Shown here in pieces: positions 1-8,732 of a stretch of 58,707 bases of DNA. The first letter of the stretch is position 1. Each line of letters begins with the position of its first letter. The notes under the pieces are model-generated. The model was given only the letters and a program-made list of their open reading frames with translations, had not been told where the DNA came from and searched no databases. The position numbers and the translations under genes are program-made. Source of the DNA: Candidatus Omnitrophota bacterium (GTDB taxonomy: Bacteria; Omnitrophota; Gorgyraeia; Gygaellales; Profunditerraquicolaceae); assembly GCA_028713155.1 (NCBI GenBank), contig JAQTPA010000005.1, forward strand, positions 1-58,707, in the 5' to 3' direction.

Positions 1-480
1 GTTTTCAGGCAGGGCACCTTTGTTACCTGCCTGCCTTTTGATACCCGCAAGTCCATGCTGGATTTAGTCAAATACGCCGTGGAGATTGACATTGATTATC
101 CGGCTTTTCACCCGGTGGCTCCGGTCCCGGGAACGTATCTTTATCAGGAAACAAAGAAAAGCGGTCTTCTAGACGAAGATGATTTTTCAAAATATGACTG
201 GAGTACTCCGGTATTGAATTCAGAAACCGGGTTATCCAGGGCTGAATTCGCCAAACTGAATATTGAGCTGAACAAACGTTATGTGCTTTATCGGCCACAT
301 TGGTTGATCCGGGGATTGTTTTCCTCTCATCAGCACAAACGCAGATTATACCGGTGGTTTTTTATCAATACCCTGAAAGTTATGTTTACGCAAACCTGGG
401 GTATAATTATCGGCAAGGAAAAATATAAGGGTATTACCGGTTTTATGTATATGAAGAAACCGTCCTGGTATGATAAATGA
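1..480 (+). CDS. Cobalamin-binding radical SAM protein, C-terminal part (5'-truncated by window), BchE-like
   Basis: Frame 1 is open from base 1 (VFRQGTFVTCLPFDTRKSML...). It aligns by eye with the C-terminus of the 10308-11840 paralog (VFRQATF, DYPAFHP..PVPGT, YDWSTPV, KPxWYDK). Confidence 0.85.
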   Translation, partial: VFRQGTFVTCLPFDTRKSMLDLVKYAVEIDIDYPAFHPVAPVPGTYLYQETKKSGLLDEDDFSKYDWSTPVLNSETGLSRAEFAKLNIELNKRYVLYRPHWLIRGLFSSHQHKRRLYRWFFINTLKVMFTQTWGIIIGKEKYKGITGFMYMKKPSWYDK

Positions 481-1652
481 TTGAACTTATCCCTCCGACT
501 AATTTTGATGATGCCTTAATTGCTGAATTTAAGGCTATGGGGATAAGAGAGACATATGGAAAACTGGCGATCGATGCTTTGGGAGGAGGAAGGTTCGCCT
601 CGGGGCTCCCTAATATAAGCAGGAAAAGATTGGCCAAGCATGTCAAAAAACTCGACGATTCCGGTATAGATTTTAATTACATACTTAATTCCCCCTGTTA
701 TTCTGCTCAGGAATTTACCCGTTCAGGAAGGAAGGCTATTAGGGGATTGCTTGATTGGCTGGTTTCAAATGGCGTGAAAAAGGTTACCGTTACCATCCCC
801 TATATCCTGCAGATAATAAAAGATGCCTATCCTGGTTTGAAGGTTAGTGTTTCGACTTACGCCCAGGTTGATTCTTATCAAAAGGCCAGATATTGGCAGG
901 AGATCGGCGCTGATGAGATAACTTTGCTGGATACCTGCCTAAACAGGAATTTTAAATTGCTTAAAATTATCCGGGGCGGGATCAAGGTAAAATTACGGTT
1001 AATAGGCAATACCAGCTGCCTGCCCCATTGCCATCTTTTTCAATACCACGCATTGTTATCTGCCCACGGCTCACAAACAGCGTATTCAAATAAGGCTGGT
1101 TTTGCGGTAGATTATTGCGCGATTTATTGTAAATACCTGAGGCTGGCAAATCCCGTTAATTTTATATATTCGCAATGGATCAGGCCCGAGGACTTGGGGA
1201 TTTACGAAGAGGCCGGAATAGACGCGATAAAATTGATTGACCGCCGATGCTCAACCGCTACGCTAATCAATATCACCCGGAGTTACCATAAGAGAAGATA
1301 TGACGGAAACCTCCTGGATTTGCTTCCCGCTTTCCAGGGAAAATCACCTAAGAATCCGGGCAACCTTTTATTAAAAATAAAGTATTATTTCCATCCGTTT
1401 GAGAGCAATATTTTTAAGATAATGGAATTAGATAGGCAGATGAAAGGGCTGGATATCTATATCGACAATGCGAAGCTTAACGGTTTTGTCGCCGGCCTCA
1501 GGGATAAAGATTGTAATTACAGTTCTTGCCCGGAATGCGGTTACTGCAATAAAGTTGCCCTGGAAGTTATCCGCTGCGACAGCGGCTACCTGGAGAGGAC
1601 AGCCGGAATATACAAACGTATTCTTGAGAATATTATTAAAGGTAAAATTTAG
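477..1652 (+). CDS. Peptidase U32-family Fe-S protein (putative O2-independent hydroxylase), copy 1
   Basis: GGGR, FNYILN, NTSCLPHC..H..H..C, WIRPED, IKLIDR, YDGNLLDL and C-terminal CNYSSCPECGYC; ATGA overlap with the upstream gene. Confidence 0.85.
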   Translation: MIELIPPTNFDDALIAEFKAMGIRETYGKLAIDALGGGRFASGLPNISRKRLAKHVKKLDDSGIDFNYILNSPCYSAQEFTRSGRKAIRGLLDWLVSNGVKKVTVTIPYILQIIKDAYPGLKVSVSTYAQVDSYQKARYWQEIGADEITLLDTCLNRNFKLLKIIRGGIKVKLRLIGNTSCLPHCHLFQYHALLSAHGSQTAYSNKAGFAVDYCAIYCKYLRLANPVNFIYSQWIRPEDLGIYEEAGIDAIKLIDRRCSTATLINITRSYHKRRYDGNLLDLLPAFQGKSPKNPGNLLLKIKYYFHPFESNIFKIMELDRQMKGLDIYIDNAKLNGFVAGLRDKDCNYSSCPECGYCNKVALEVIRCDSGYLERTAGIYKRILENIIKGKI

Positions 1653-1675
1653 CCTGCTTAATCAGGAAAGATACC

Positions 1676-2698
1676 GTGATTAATATTGAAAGAGCGCTGG
1701 TAAGCAAACGTTTTATCAAAGCCGCAAGCCTATTCTTTCGTTATTCAACTATCCCGAAATTAATGAATCTACTCAAGGCCGAATACGAAAGGCTATTGCG
1801 CAGGTCAACCTTATCCAGCAGGCCTTATTTTATCAAGATTCAACCTACGAATATCTGTAATGCCGGATGCATGTACTGTTTGAAACAGGTAAAAGGCGAT
1901 GATTCGCCTCCGGGTAAAATGGCTTTAGGCGATTGTAAAAAAATCATCGATAGATTCAAGAAATACGCTTATCTCATAGGTTTCCAATATTCCGGGGAAC
2001 CTCTGGGCAATGAGTCCATATTTGAAATGGTTGAATATGCCCACCAATCCGGAATCGGCACTTATCTAAGCACTAACTTACAGGAAGTCAAAGACGGTGA
2101 TTGTGATAAATTGATTCTTTCGGGGTTGGATCTTTTAACTATTGCCATAGACGGCATTACGCAGGAGACTTATGGCAGATACCGCCAGAGAGGCGATATC
2201 GCTAAAGTAATCGAGAATATGCAAAACCTGATGTCAGCGAAAAAGAGGCTCAAAAAAATAAGCCCTTTCATCACCTTGCAATTTATCGTGCATAAATATA
2301 ACCAGCATGAAATCGAAGGCGTCAGGCAACTGGCTAAGAAAACCGAAGTGGATAATCTTGAGCTAAAGCCGATAGGGGCTATGGATAAAGCCATTCTCCC
2401 GGAGAACAAAAAACTATACCGAAGGATCTATGTTAAAAAGACCAGATTAAAGAGAAAAGCCTGCTGGTGGCTTTGGGGTGCGCTGGTTATTTTATGGAAC
2501 GGCAGGGTTCTTCCCTGTTGCCATATCGTAACGAGCAAGACAGAATTAAACGCTTTTACCGATGATATTTTTTCAATCATCAACAATCCTTTTAACCGGC
2601 AAGTCCGGGGGCAAAGCCGGCGGGAGGTACTTTCCGATGCTCACCCGTGTTACGGGTGTCTTGTCCCGTACGGAGGCATACTGCAACAAACGATTTAA
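1676..2698 (+). CDS. Radical SAM protein with SPASM/twitch domain
   Basis: PTNICNAGCMYC (Cx3Cx2C), GEP, STN; C-terminal CWWLW...PCC...CYGC. Confidence 0.9.
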   Translation: MINIERALVSKRFIKAASLFFRYSTIPKLMNLLKAEYERLLRRSTLSSRPYFIKIQPTNICNAGCMYCLKQVKGDDSPPGKMALGDCKKIIDRFKKYAYLIGFQYSGEPLGNESIFEMVEYAHQSGIGTYLSTNLQEVKDGDCDKLILSGLDLLTIAIDGITQETYGRYRQRGDIAKVIENMQNLMSAKKRLKKISPFITLQFIVHKYNQHEIEGVRQLAKKTEVDNLELKPIGAMDKAILPENKKLYRRIYVKKTRLKRKACWWLWGALVILWNGRVLPCCHIVTSKTELNAFTDDIFSIINNPFNRQVRGQSRREVLSDAHPCYGCLVPYGGILQQTI

Positions 2699-2721
2699 GA
2701 TTGAAATGAGGGAACAGGCGC

Positions 2722-3882
2722 ATGTCCTATAAGTTAAAAAATGACACTATTGAGGTAATGCTGGAGACCTGGAAAAACCTCTATGCTAAAGACGGATTAA
2801 GGCGCTGCAGCAGGTGTCTGCTTCCGGAGACCACGCCCTATATCGCATATGACGCAAAGGGCGTCTGTAATTATTGCAAAAGATATTTGAAGGTCAGTGT
2901 CAAAGGCGAAAAAGAGCTAGAAAAAATTATTGCGCCATTTCGCAATAATAACGCCAGGAATAATTGTATCGTAGCGTTAAGCGGAGGGCGGGATAGCTCG
3001 TTTGGTTTACATTATGTGAAGAGAGTGTTGCATTTGAATCCCATTGCCTATACTTATGATTGGGGTATGGCTACGGATCTAGCGCGCAGGAACCAGGCCA
3101 AGATGTGCAGCGCGCTGGGGATAGACCGGATCGTCATCAAGGCTGACGTTAATAAAAAGCGCCGGAATATAAGAAGGAACGTTGAGGCTTGGTTAAAAAG
3201 CCCGGACTTGGGGCTGGTCCCGATATTTATGTCAGGGGATAAGCAGGTTATCTATAATGCCCGGAGGGTAAAGAGGCAGGCTGATATTAAATTGATGTTC
3301 CATGGTTTAGGCAATACCTTTGAGGATAGCCTTTTTAAAACAGGTTTTAGCAACGTTACTTTAGAGTCACCGATGATATATTGCGATATCTCGCTGCGTA
3401 GTAAGGTTAAATTGGGGTTATATTATGCGCAACGGTTTATGCAGAATCCGGGATTTATCAATAGTGCATTAATCGATGCTTTCCTGGGATATCTTTCTCT
3501 ATTTTTTCTTAAGCGGGATTATTATGATATCTTTCTGTATCATTTTATAAAATGGGATGAACAGGCAATAACTAAAACGCTAATCGAGGAGTATGCTTGG
3601 GAAGCCCCAACCGATACCTGCCTTACTTGGAGGGTTGATGACGGGACTGCGGCATTCTACAACTATATCTATATGGCGGTTGCCGGTTTTACTGAAAATG
3701 ATACTTTTCGCAGCTGCCAGGTTAGGGAAGGCCTGCTTTCGCGGGATCAGGCCATTAAGATTATAGAGAATGAGAATAAGCCGCGGATTGAAACTTTAGA
3801 ATGGTACGGCCGGACAGTTGGTTTTGATTGCGATGAAACTATACGGATTATAAATAGGATGCCTAAGCTATATAAAATATGA
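2722..3882 (+). CDS. N-acetyl-sugar amidotransferase-like PP-loop ATPase (WbuX/WbpG type)
   Basis: N-terminal CSRC...CNYC pair followed by the PP-loop SGGRDSS. Confidence 0.8.
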   Translation: MSYKLKNDTIEVMLETWKNLYAKDGLRRCSRCLLPETTPYIAYDAKGVCNYCKRYLKVSVKGEKELEKIIAPFRNNNARNNCIVALSGGRDSSFGLHYVKRVLHLNPIAYTYDWGMATDLARRNQAKMCSALGIDRIVIKADVNKKRRNIRRNVEAWLKSPDLGLVPIFMSGDKQVIYNARRVKRQADIKLMFHGLGNTFEDSLFKTGFSNVTLESPMIYCDISLRSKVKLGLYYAQRFMQNPGFINSALIDAFLGYLSLFFLKRDYYDIFLYHFIKWDEQAITKTLIEEYAWEAPTDTCLTWRVDDGTAAFYNYIYMAVAGFTENDTFRSCQVREGLLSRDQAIKIIENENKPRIETLEWYGRTVGFDCDETIRIINRMPKLYKI

Positions 3883-5057
3883 GATATTCGATACCGACGA
3901 ACTGGCAGGATAATCTAATCGACGGATTAATTGATTGCCAGGGTTCGGAATTATACGGAAAATTAAATAATGATATAATCGGCGGCGGCCGCGCATCAGC
4001 AATCCTGCCCCAGGTTTCCTTAAAGAAGGCCGAGCGCCATATCCTTAGCGCGCATCAAAAAGGGCTTAAATTCAATTATCTTCTCAATGGCACATGCCTA
4101 GGCGATATGCAATACCTGCAATCGCAAAAAAATAATATTTTAAAGATGTTGGATTGGCTTGTTTCGGCGGAGGTTGACTCTGTTACAATCTCTTCTGCCT
4201 ACCTTTACCGCCTGATAAGGGAGCGCGCCCCGAGGCTGAATATTTATGTTTCGGTCCAGGATAGCGTCAATAATGAATTGCAGATAAGACGATGGGATGA
4301 AATCGGCGTTGACAAAATAACTCTTTCCGTGCTGGATGCTAACAGGGATTTTAAACTGCTTAGAAGAATCAAGGGCAGGATAAAATGTGATCTACAATTG
4401 ATTGCTAATTTGAAATGCCTGCTGGGATGCCCTGCTTACCATTGCCATAGTAATTTGAATGCGCACAGCTCTCAATCGCAGCACATGCTTAAGGGCTACT
4501 TAATCGACTACTATACGCTCAAGTGCAATTATATACGTTTAAACGATCCGGTGGAATTAATCAAGAGTCTTTGGATCAGGCCTGAAGACGTGCATTACTA
4601 TGAAGAAACAGGCATCCATTGGCTTAAATTAGTCGGAAGGGAGATGGATTCAGCAAAGATCCACCTAATATTTAACGCCTATAGGAAAAGACGCTATGAT
4701 GGGAATTTGCTGGATTTACTACCGAATACCAAAAAAAGACTTTTTAGCTATAAAAAAATAAAGACCATTTTTAAATACTTTTTCCGGCCTGAGTATATTA
4801 ATCCGTTTATTCTGCTGCAGGCGCGCAATGTCTTTAAGGAGGAAGGGGTATATATTGATAACCGGGGCCTAGACGGCTTCCTGGACTATTTTTGGGAAGA
4901 AAAGTGCAATTTTATGTGCGGCCGGCAGTGTAGCTATTGCCATAAGATTGCCGGTCAGGTAATGACTATAGACCATAAGCATCTGGATAAAAGGATAAAA
5001 AACAGCAAGGTTTTTCTGGAGAATTTAATAAGCGGCCGGTTGTTTGATTATTTTTAA
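3879..5057 (+). CDS. Peptidase U32-family Fe-S protein, copy 2
   Basis: GGGR, FNYLLNGTC, NLKCLLGC..H..H..C, WIRPED, LKLVGR, C-terminal CNFMCGRQCSYC; ATGA overlap with the upstream gene. Confidence 0.85.
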   Translation: MRYSIPTNWQDNLIDGLIDCQGSELYGKLNNDIIGGGRASAILPQVSLKKAERHILSAHQKGLKFNYLLNGTCLGDMQYLQSQKNNILKMLDWLVSAEVDSVTISSAYLYRLIRERAPRLNIYVSVQDSVNNELQIRRWDEIGVDKITLSVLDANRDFKLLRRIKGRIKCDLQLIANLKCLLGCPAYHCHSNLNAHSSQSQHMLKGYLIDYYTLKCNYIRLNDPVELIKSLWIRPEDVHYYEETGIHWLKLVGREMDSAKIHLIFNAYRKRRYDGNLLDLLPNTKKRLFSYKKIKTIFKYFFRPEYINPFILLQARNVFKEEGVYIDNRGLDGFLDYFWEEKCNFMCGRQCSYCHKIAGQVMTIDHKHLDKRIKNSKVFLENLISGRLFDYF

Positions 5058-5074
5058 GGTGTAAGAGTCCTATT

Positions 5075-6097
5075 ATGAATATCAATAAGATTAAATTGTC
5101 TATCCCCGTTGATCGGAATTCTGACGCCGGACACTTTTTATCAGACGATAATATCGTCAATATATACGCTAAAATACCCGGTAATTTTTTGGAGAGCACG
5201 GGGGTCAAGGATAGTATTAACAGGTATGTCAATGCAGCGCATAATCATGGTATCAGTTTCACCTTTTTAATGGACGTTACCTGTTTGAATAACCTGGAGT
5301 GGACAAGGAGCGGTCAAAGGCGGATCAGGGTATTTCTGGATAATTTGGTATCTTGGGGAGTGGACGCGGTATCGGTTAGTATGCCGTATTTTGTGGAGTT
5401 AATAAAAAAACAATACCCTAAGGTAACTATTGAGATATCATCAAACGCCGAGGTTGATAATATTCAGCGTGCAAAGCGCTGGGAAGACTTGGGTGCCGAT
5501 ATAATCACTTTGGCGTCTTACAAGGTAAACCGTAATTTCGCTTTATTGGAAGGGGTCCGTAGTAATGTAAAATGTGACTTACAGTTAGTGGCAAACCACT
5601 GTTGCCTGAATAACTGCGTTAATCACGGTTTTCATGCAAATCTTGCAGCGCACCTGACCGGGCAATCTTTTGCGGTGGACAATGCCGGTATTTTTTATGG
5701 CCTTAAATGCCTGGAAGAGCGTTCCAGAACGGGGTTCGATATTATTTCTTCCCAATGGATCCGGCCGGAAGATATTAAGTATTATGAAGGAATCGGCATT
5801 AATAGATTGCAGCTACTCGGAGATAGTTTAAATAGCGGGGATTCCGTTGAAATTATTAATGCGTATAGCAAAAGATGCTACGCGGGGAACTTGATAAAAC
5901 TATTTCCTGATTTTCCCCGGTGCGCGCTACACCATGAAGGCGGAGCAAGCCCGGGGGTCTTTATCAATAATTCTGATTTAGACGGTTTTATGGAGCATTT
6001 TCTGGAAGGAAAATGCCGCGGGCTGTGCGGCGAATGCAGGTATTGTGAGGATATAGCCGGCAAAGTGGTTCATTTTGCAGGAGCACGGAATGGATAA
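5075..6097 (+). CDS. Peptidase U32-family Fe-S protein, copy 3 (shortened, divergent)
   Basis: NHCCLNNC..H..H..C, WIRPED and C-terminal CRGLCGECRYC retained; GGGR segment absent and the K..GR motif replaced by LQLLGD. Confidence 0.8.
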   Translation: MNINKIKLSIPVDRNSDAGHFLSDDNIVNIYAKIPGNFLESTGVKDSINRYVNAAHNHGISFTFLMDVTCLNNLEWTRSGQRRIRVFLDNLVSWGVDAVSVSMPYFVELIKKQYPKVTIEISSNAEVDNIQRAKRWEDLGADIITLASYKVNRNFALLEGVRSNVKCDLQLVANHCCLNNCVNHGFHANLAAHLTGQSFAVDNAGIFYGLKCLEERSRTGFDIISSQWIRPEDIKYYEGIGINRLQLLGDSLNSGDSVEIINAYSKRCYAGNLIKLFPDFPRCALHHEGGASPGVFINNSDLDGFMEHFLEGKCRGLCGECRYCEDIAGKVVHFAGARNG

Positions 6098-7142
6098 TCC
6101 AAAAAATATTCTTATTACCGGCGGCGTAGGATACCTGGGGGTTTACCTGGCGAATTATTTCTTGAAAAGAGGGTATGGCATACGTATTTTTGATATTTGC
6201 GATTATGCAGCAAGCGATTATACCGGCGCGGTTGAATACTTTAAAGGAGATATAAGAGATTATGAATCCCTCTTTCAGGCGGTCTGCGGTACGGATTTCA
6301 TCATCCATGCCGCTTCCGAGCTTCCGTTTAAAAAAAGGCGGGATATATTTTCTACTGGCGTTAAGGGTACAGAAAACCTTCTGAGAGCGGCTAAAGAAAA
6401 TAAAACTAACCGGTTGATTTATATGTCTTCAACTGCGGTATACGGCCTGCATAAAAATATGCCGATAGGCGAAGAGGCAACTTTCCGCGGCATTACTGAT
6501 CACGCCCGCAGCAAAATCTTAGCAGAACAATCCTGTGCATTATGCAGAAAGCAGGGCATGAATGTCACTATTCTAAGGCCAGCCCCTATTATCGGAGAAG
6601 GAAAATTAGGTTTTTTTCAGATTCTTTACGATTGGATTAAGGAAAATAGAAAGATCCCGGTTGTCGGATCCGGCCAAAACCGCTTTCAAATGTTAGAAGC
6701 CCAAGACTTATGCGAAGCAATCCAGGCAATAATAAATGCCCCCGCATATTTAGTAAATACTGATTTTAATGTTGGCGCTGCGGTATTTGGCACGATTAAT
6801 GAAGATTTAAATAATTTTATAAAAGAAGTAGGGAGTAAATCAAGGTTAATCCATTTCCCCGCTAATGGTATTAAGATTATATTGAAGATTTTTGAAAAAA
6901 TAAAAATCTCCTCTATCTATGAAGGAGTTTATGGCGTTATCGATAAGGATCTATATTTCTCGATTGAAAAGATAAACAGGGAATTAGGGTGTTTTCCTAA
7001 AAAAAGCAATGTTGACGCTTTAGTTAAAGGTTATCGCTGGTATATTGACAATAAAAATAAAAGAATAAAGCTATTTAGCAACGCGAATAATAGGAGTGTT
7101 TTTAAACAGGGGGCAGTTAATCTGATAAAAAAAGCCTTTTAG
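6090..7142 (+). CDS. Extended SDR, NAD-dependent epimerase/dehydratase family
   Basis: TGGVGYLG, GDIRD, HAAS, SSTAVYG; HARSK at the YxxxK position. Start moved from 6075 to ATG 6090 because AGGAG lies at 6079-6083. Confidence 0.85.
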   Translation: MDNPKNILITGGVGYLGVYLANYFLKRGYGIRIFDICDYAASDYTGAVEYFKGDIRDYESLFQAVCGTDFIIHAASELPFKKRRDIFSTGVKGTENLLRAAKENKTNRLIYMSSTAVYGLHKNMPIGEEATFRGITDHARSKILAEQSCALCRKQGMNVTILRPAPIIGEGKLGFFQILYDWIKENRKIPVVGSGQNRFQMLEAQDLCEAIQAIINAPAYLVNTDFNVGAAVFGTINEDLNNFIKEVGSKSRLIHFPANGIKIILKIFEKIKISSIYEGVYGVIDKDLYFSIEKINRELGCFPKKSNVDALVKGYRWYIDNKNKRIKLFSNANNRSVFKQGAVNLIKKAF

Positions 7143-7143
7143 C

Positions 7144-8589
7144 TCAGATCCGATTGAAAGATATTTTGATATGCAAAAGCAGCAACTTGAATTGCCTTAA
7201 GAGAATATGGGGGAAGTATTTATATTTGGCCATGCGCAGAAAATATCCCGGCCGTAAGTAAAAGCTTCTATACGCTTTCTTGGCCCAGTGAGTTAATTCT
7301 CCCGCCGATAAGCAGGTATCCTGCGGCTTGCACATTTCGGCCGTTATTTTTTTACCTTTATATGACTCGAGCCAGATGTCATACCCCAGTGTTTTTAGCG
7401 AGTTTATATATATGTTACTCGGCGGCACGGGAAAAGCGACGTTAAATTGCGCGATATCTAAGGGCAGCGATTGGGCAAAACGGATAGTGTTGCTAATTGT
7501 CTGCGGTGTTTCGCCGGTATTGCCGATCATGAAAAAACCGAGCGTTTCCAGGCCGTTTCGCGAAGTCATTTCTAAGGCTTGTTGAATGGTTTTTAAGGTA
7601 TTATTTCTTTTCAGGTTATCCAGTATTTGTTGGTCGCCGGATTCTATCCCGTAATGGATACTCACGCATCCGGCTTTTGCCAGTAAAGATATTAATTCGT
7701 TATCGACGCGGTCCGGGCGAGTGCGGATTGTCCACTTAAACTTTAGGCCTTGCTTAATGATTTCTTCGCATAATTGTATGGTCCGGGTTTTATCAACGGT
7801 GAAAGTTGAATCCAGAAAAGTAATTTCTTTTATCCCGAAATTATCAATACAATCTTTGATCTCGGCAATTATATTTTCAATACTTCGGGTTTGGTAGGGG
7901 ATATGTCTGTCGACACAATAAGTGCAAGAGTAAGGACAGCCTATACTTGTGGTTATAGTCGTAAATAGATCGTACTTAGTTAAAGCGGTTGTATAGACGG
8001 TATTATCTATTAATTCCCGGGCGGGATAAGGTAGAGTATTAAAATCATAAGGTTCTTCGGAACCGGTTTTTACTATTTCATTCCGGTTATTTTTAAAAAT
8101 AATCCCTTTTATTTCTTCCAGGGGGGTATGATGCTCAACGGCCCTGGTTAAATTTAGTATCGTCTTAAATCCTTTCCCCGTTAGGGCGCAGTCGATTCCT
8201 TTGTTGCAGATGCTTTCTTCGGGATAAAGTTGGGGGAAATGGCCTCGGGCGGCTATAAAGCATCCCAGGTTATTTTTTAACTTTGATAAAAAATCAAATT
8301 CAGCCCTGGGATTATATATATTGACCGTTGCGAAAATAATATCGGGGTTATATTCTTTAGCCTGGAAGAGGGTCTTATTGAAAGAAGATCCGGTTAATTC
8401 TCCGTCTATAAGCTTAACTGTGTGGCCGTTTTTCTTAAGTATCGATCCGTAATAAAGAAGCCCGAGCGGCGGATAACGGACAAGCCACTCGCAGTATAAC
8501 CTGGAGGAAAGATACCCGCCAGGCGATAATAAGCTTGAGATAGACGAAGCGCCGTAGGCTATCGGTAATCTTAATAAAAGGATTTTCAT
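7144..8589 (-). CDS. Cobalamin-binding radical SAM protein
   Basis: YPPLGLLY N-terminal B12-binding-type domain, SIGCPYSCTYC, FLDSTF, TRPD, YGIESG. Confidence 0.9.
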   Translation of the reverse strand: MKILLLRLPIAYGASSISSLLSPGGYLSSRLYCEWLVRYPPLGLLYYGSILKKNGHTVKLIDGELTGSSFNKTLFQAKEYNPDIIFATVNIYNPRAEFDFLSKLKNNLGCFIAARGHFPQLYPEESICNKGIDCALTGKGFKTILNLTRAVEHHTPLEEIKGIIFKNNRNEIVKTGSEEPYDFNTLPYPARELIDNTVYTTALTKYDLFTTITTSIGCPYSCTYCVDRHIPYQTRSIENIIAEIKDCIDNFGIKEITFLDSTFTVDKTRTIQLCEEIIKQGLKFKWTIRTRPDRVDNELISLLAKAGCVSIHYGIESGDQQILDNLKRNNTLKTIQQALEMTSRNGLETLGFFMIGNTGETPQTISNTIRFAQSLPLDIAQFNVAFPVPPSNIYINSLKTLGYDIWLESYKGKKITAEMCKPQDTCLSAGELTHWAKKAYRSFYLRPGYFLRMAKYKYFPHILLRQFKLLLLHIKISFNRI

Positions 8590-8648
8590 CGGCTGAAGAT
8601 CATAGAGTGGTAAAAAATTACATATATATTATAAATATAATTTATTAT

Positions 8649-8677
8649 ATAATAGTCTTTAGAGCTTTATTAGTCAA
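8649..8677 (-). promoter_or_regulatory. Putative sigma70 promoter for the minus-strand radical SAM gene
   Basis: Minus strand reads TTGACT (8677-8672), a 17-nt spacer, then TATTAT (8654-8649), in an AT-rich divergent gap that also holds the perfect palindrome TATTATATAATA (8643-8654). Confidence 0.45.
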
Positions 8678-8732
8678 TGTTAATTTTACCGGTAACTAAT
8701 AGCCCCTAAGCATTATTTAATCCGGATTTATT

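Noticed and set aside
6-39. Inverted repeat CAGGCAGG/CCTGCCTG followed by a short T run, terminator-like
   Set aside because: Lies inside the open reading frame that aligns with the 10308 paralog; probably coincidental.
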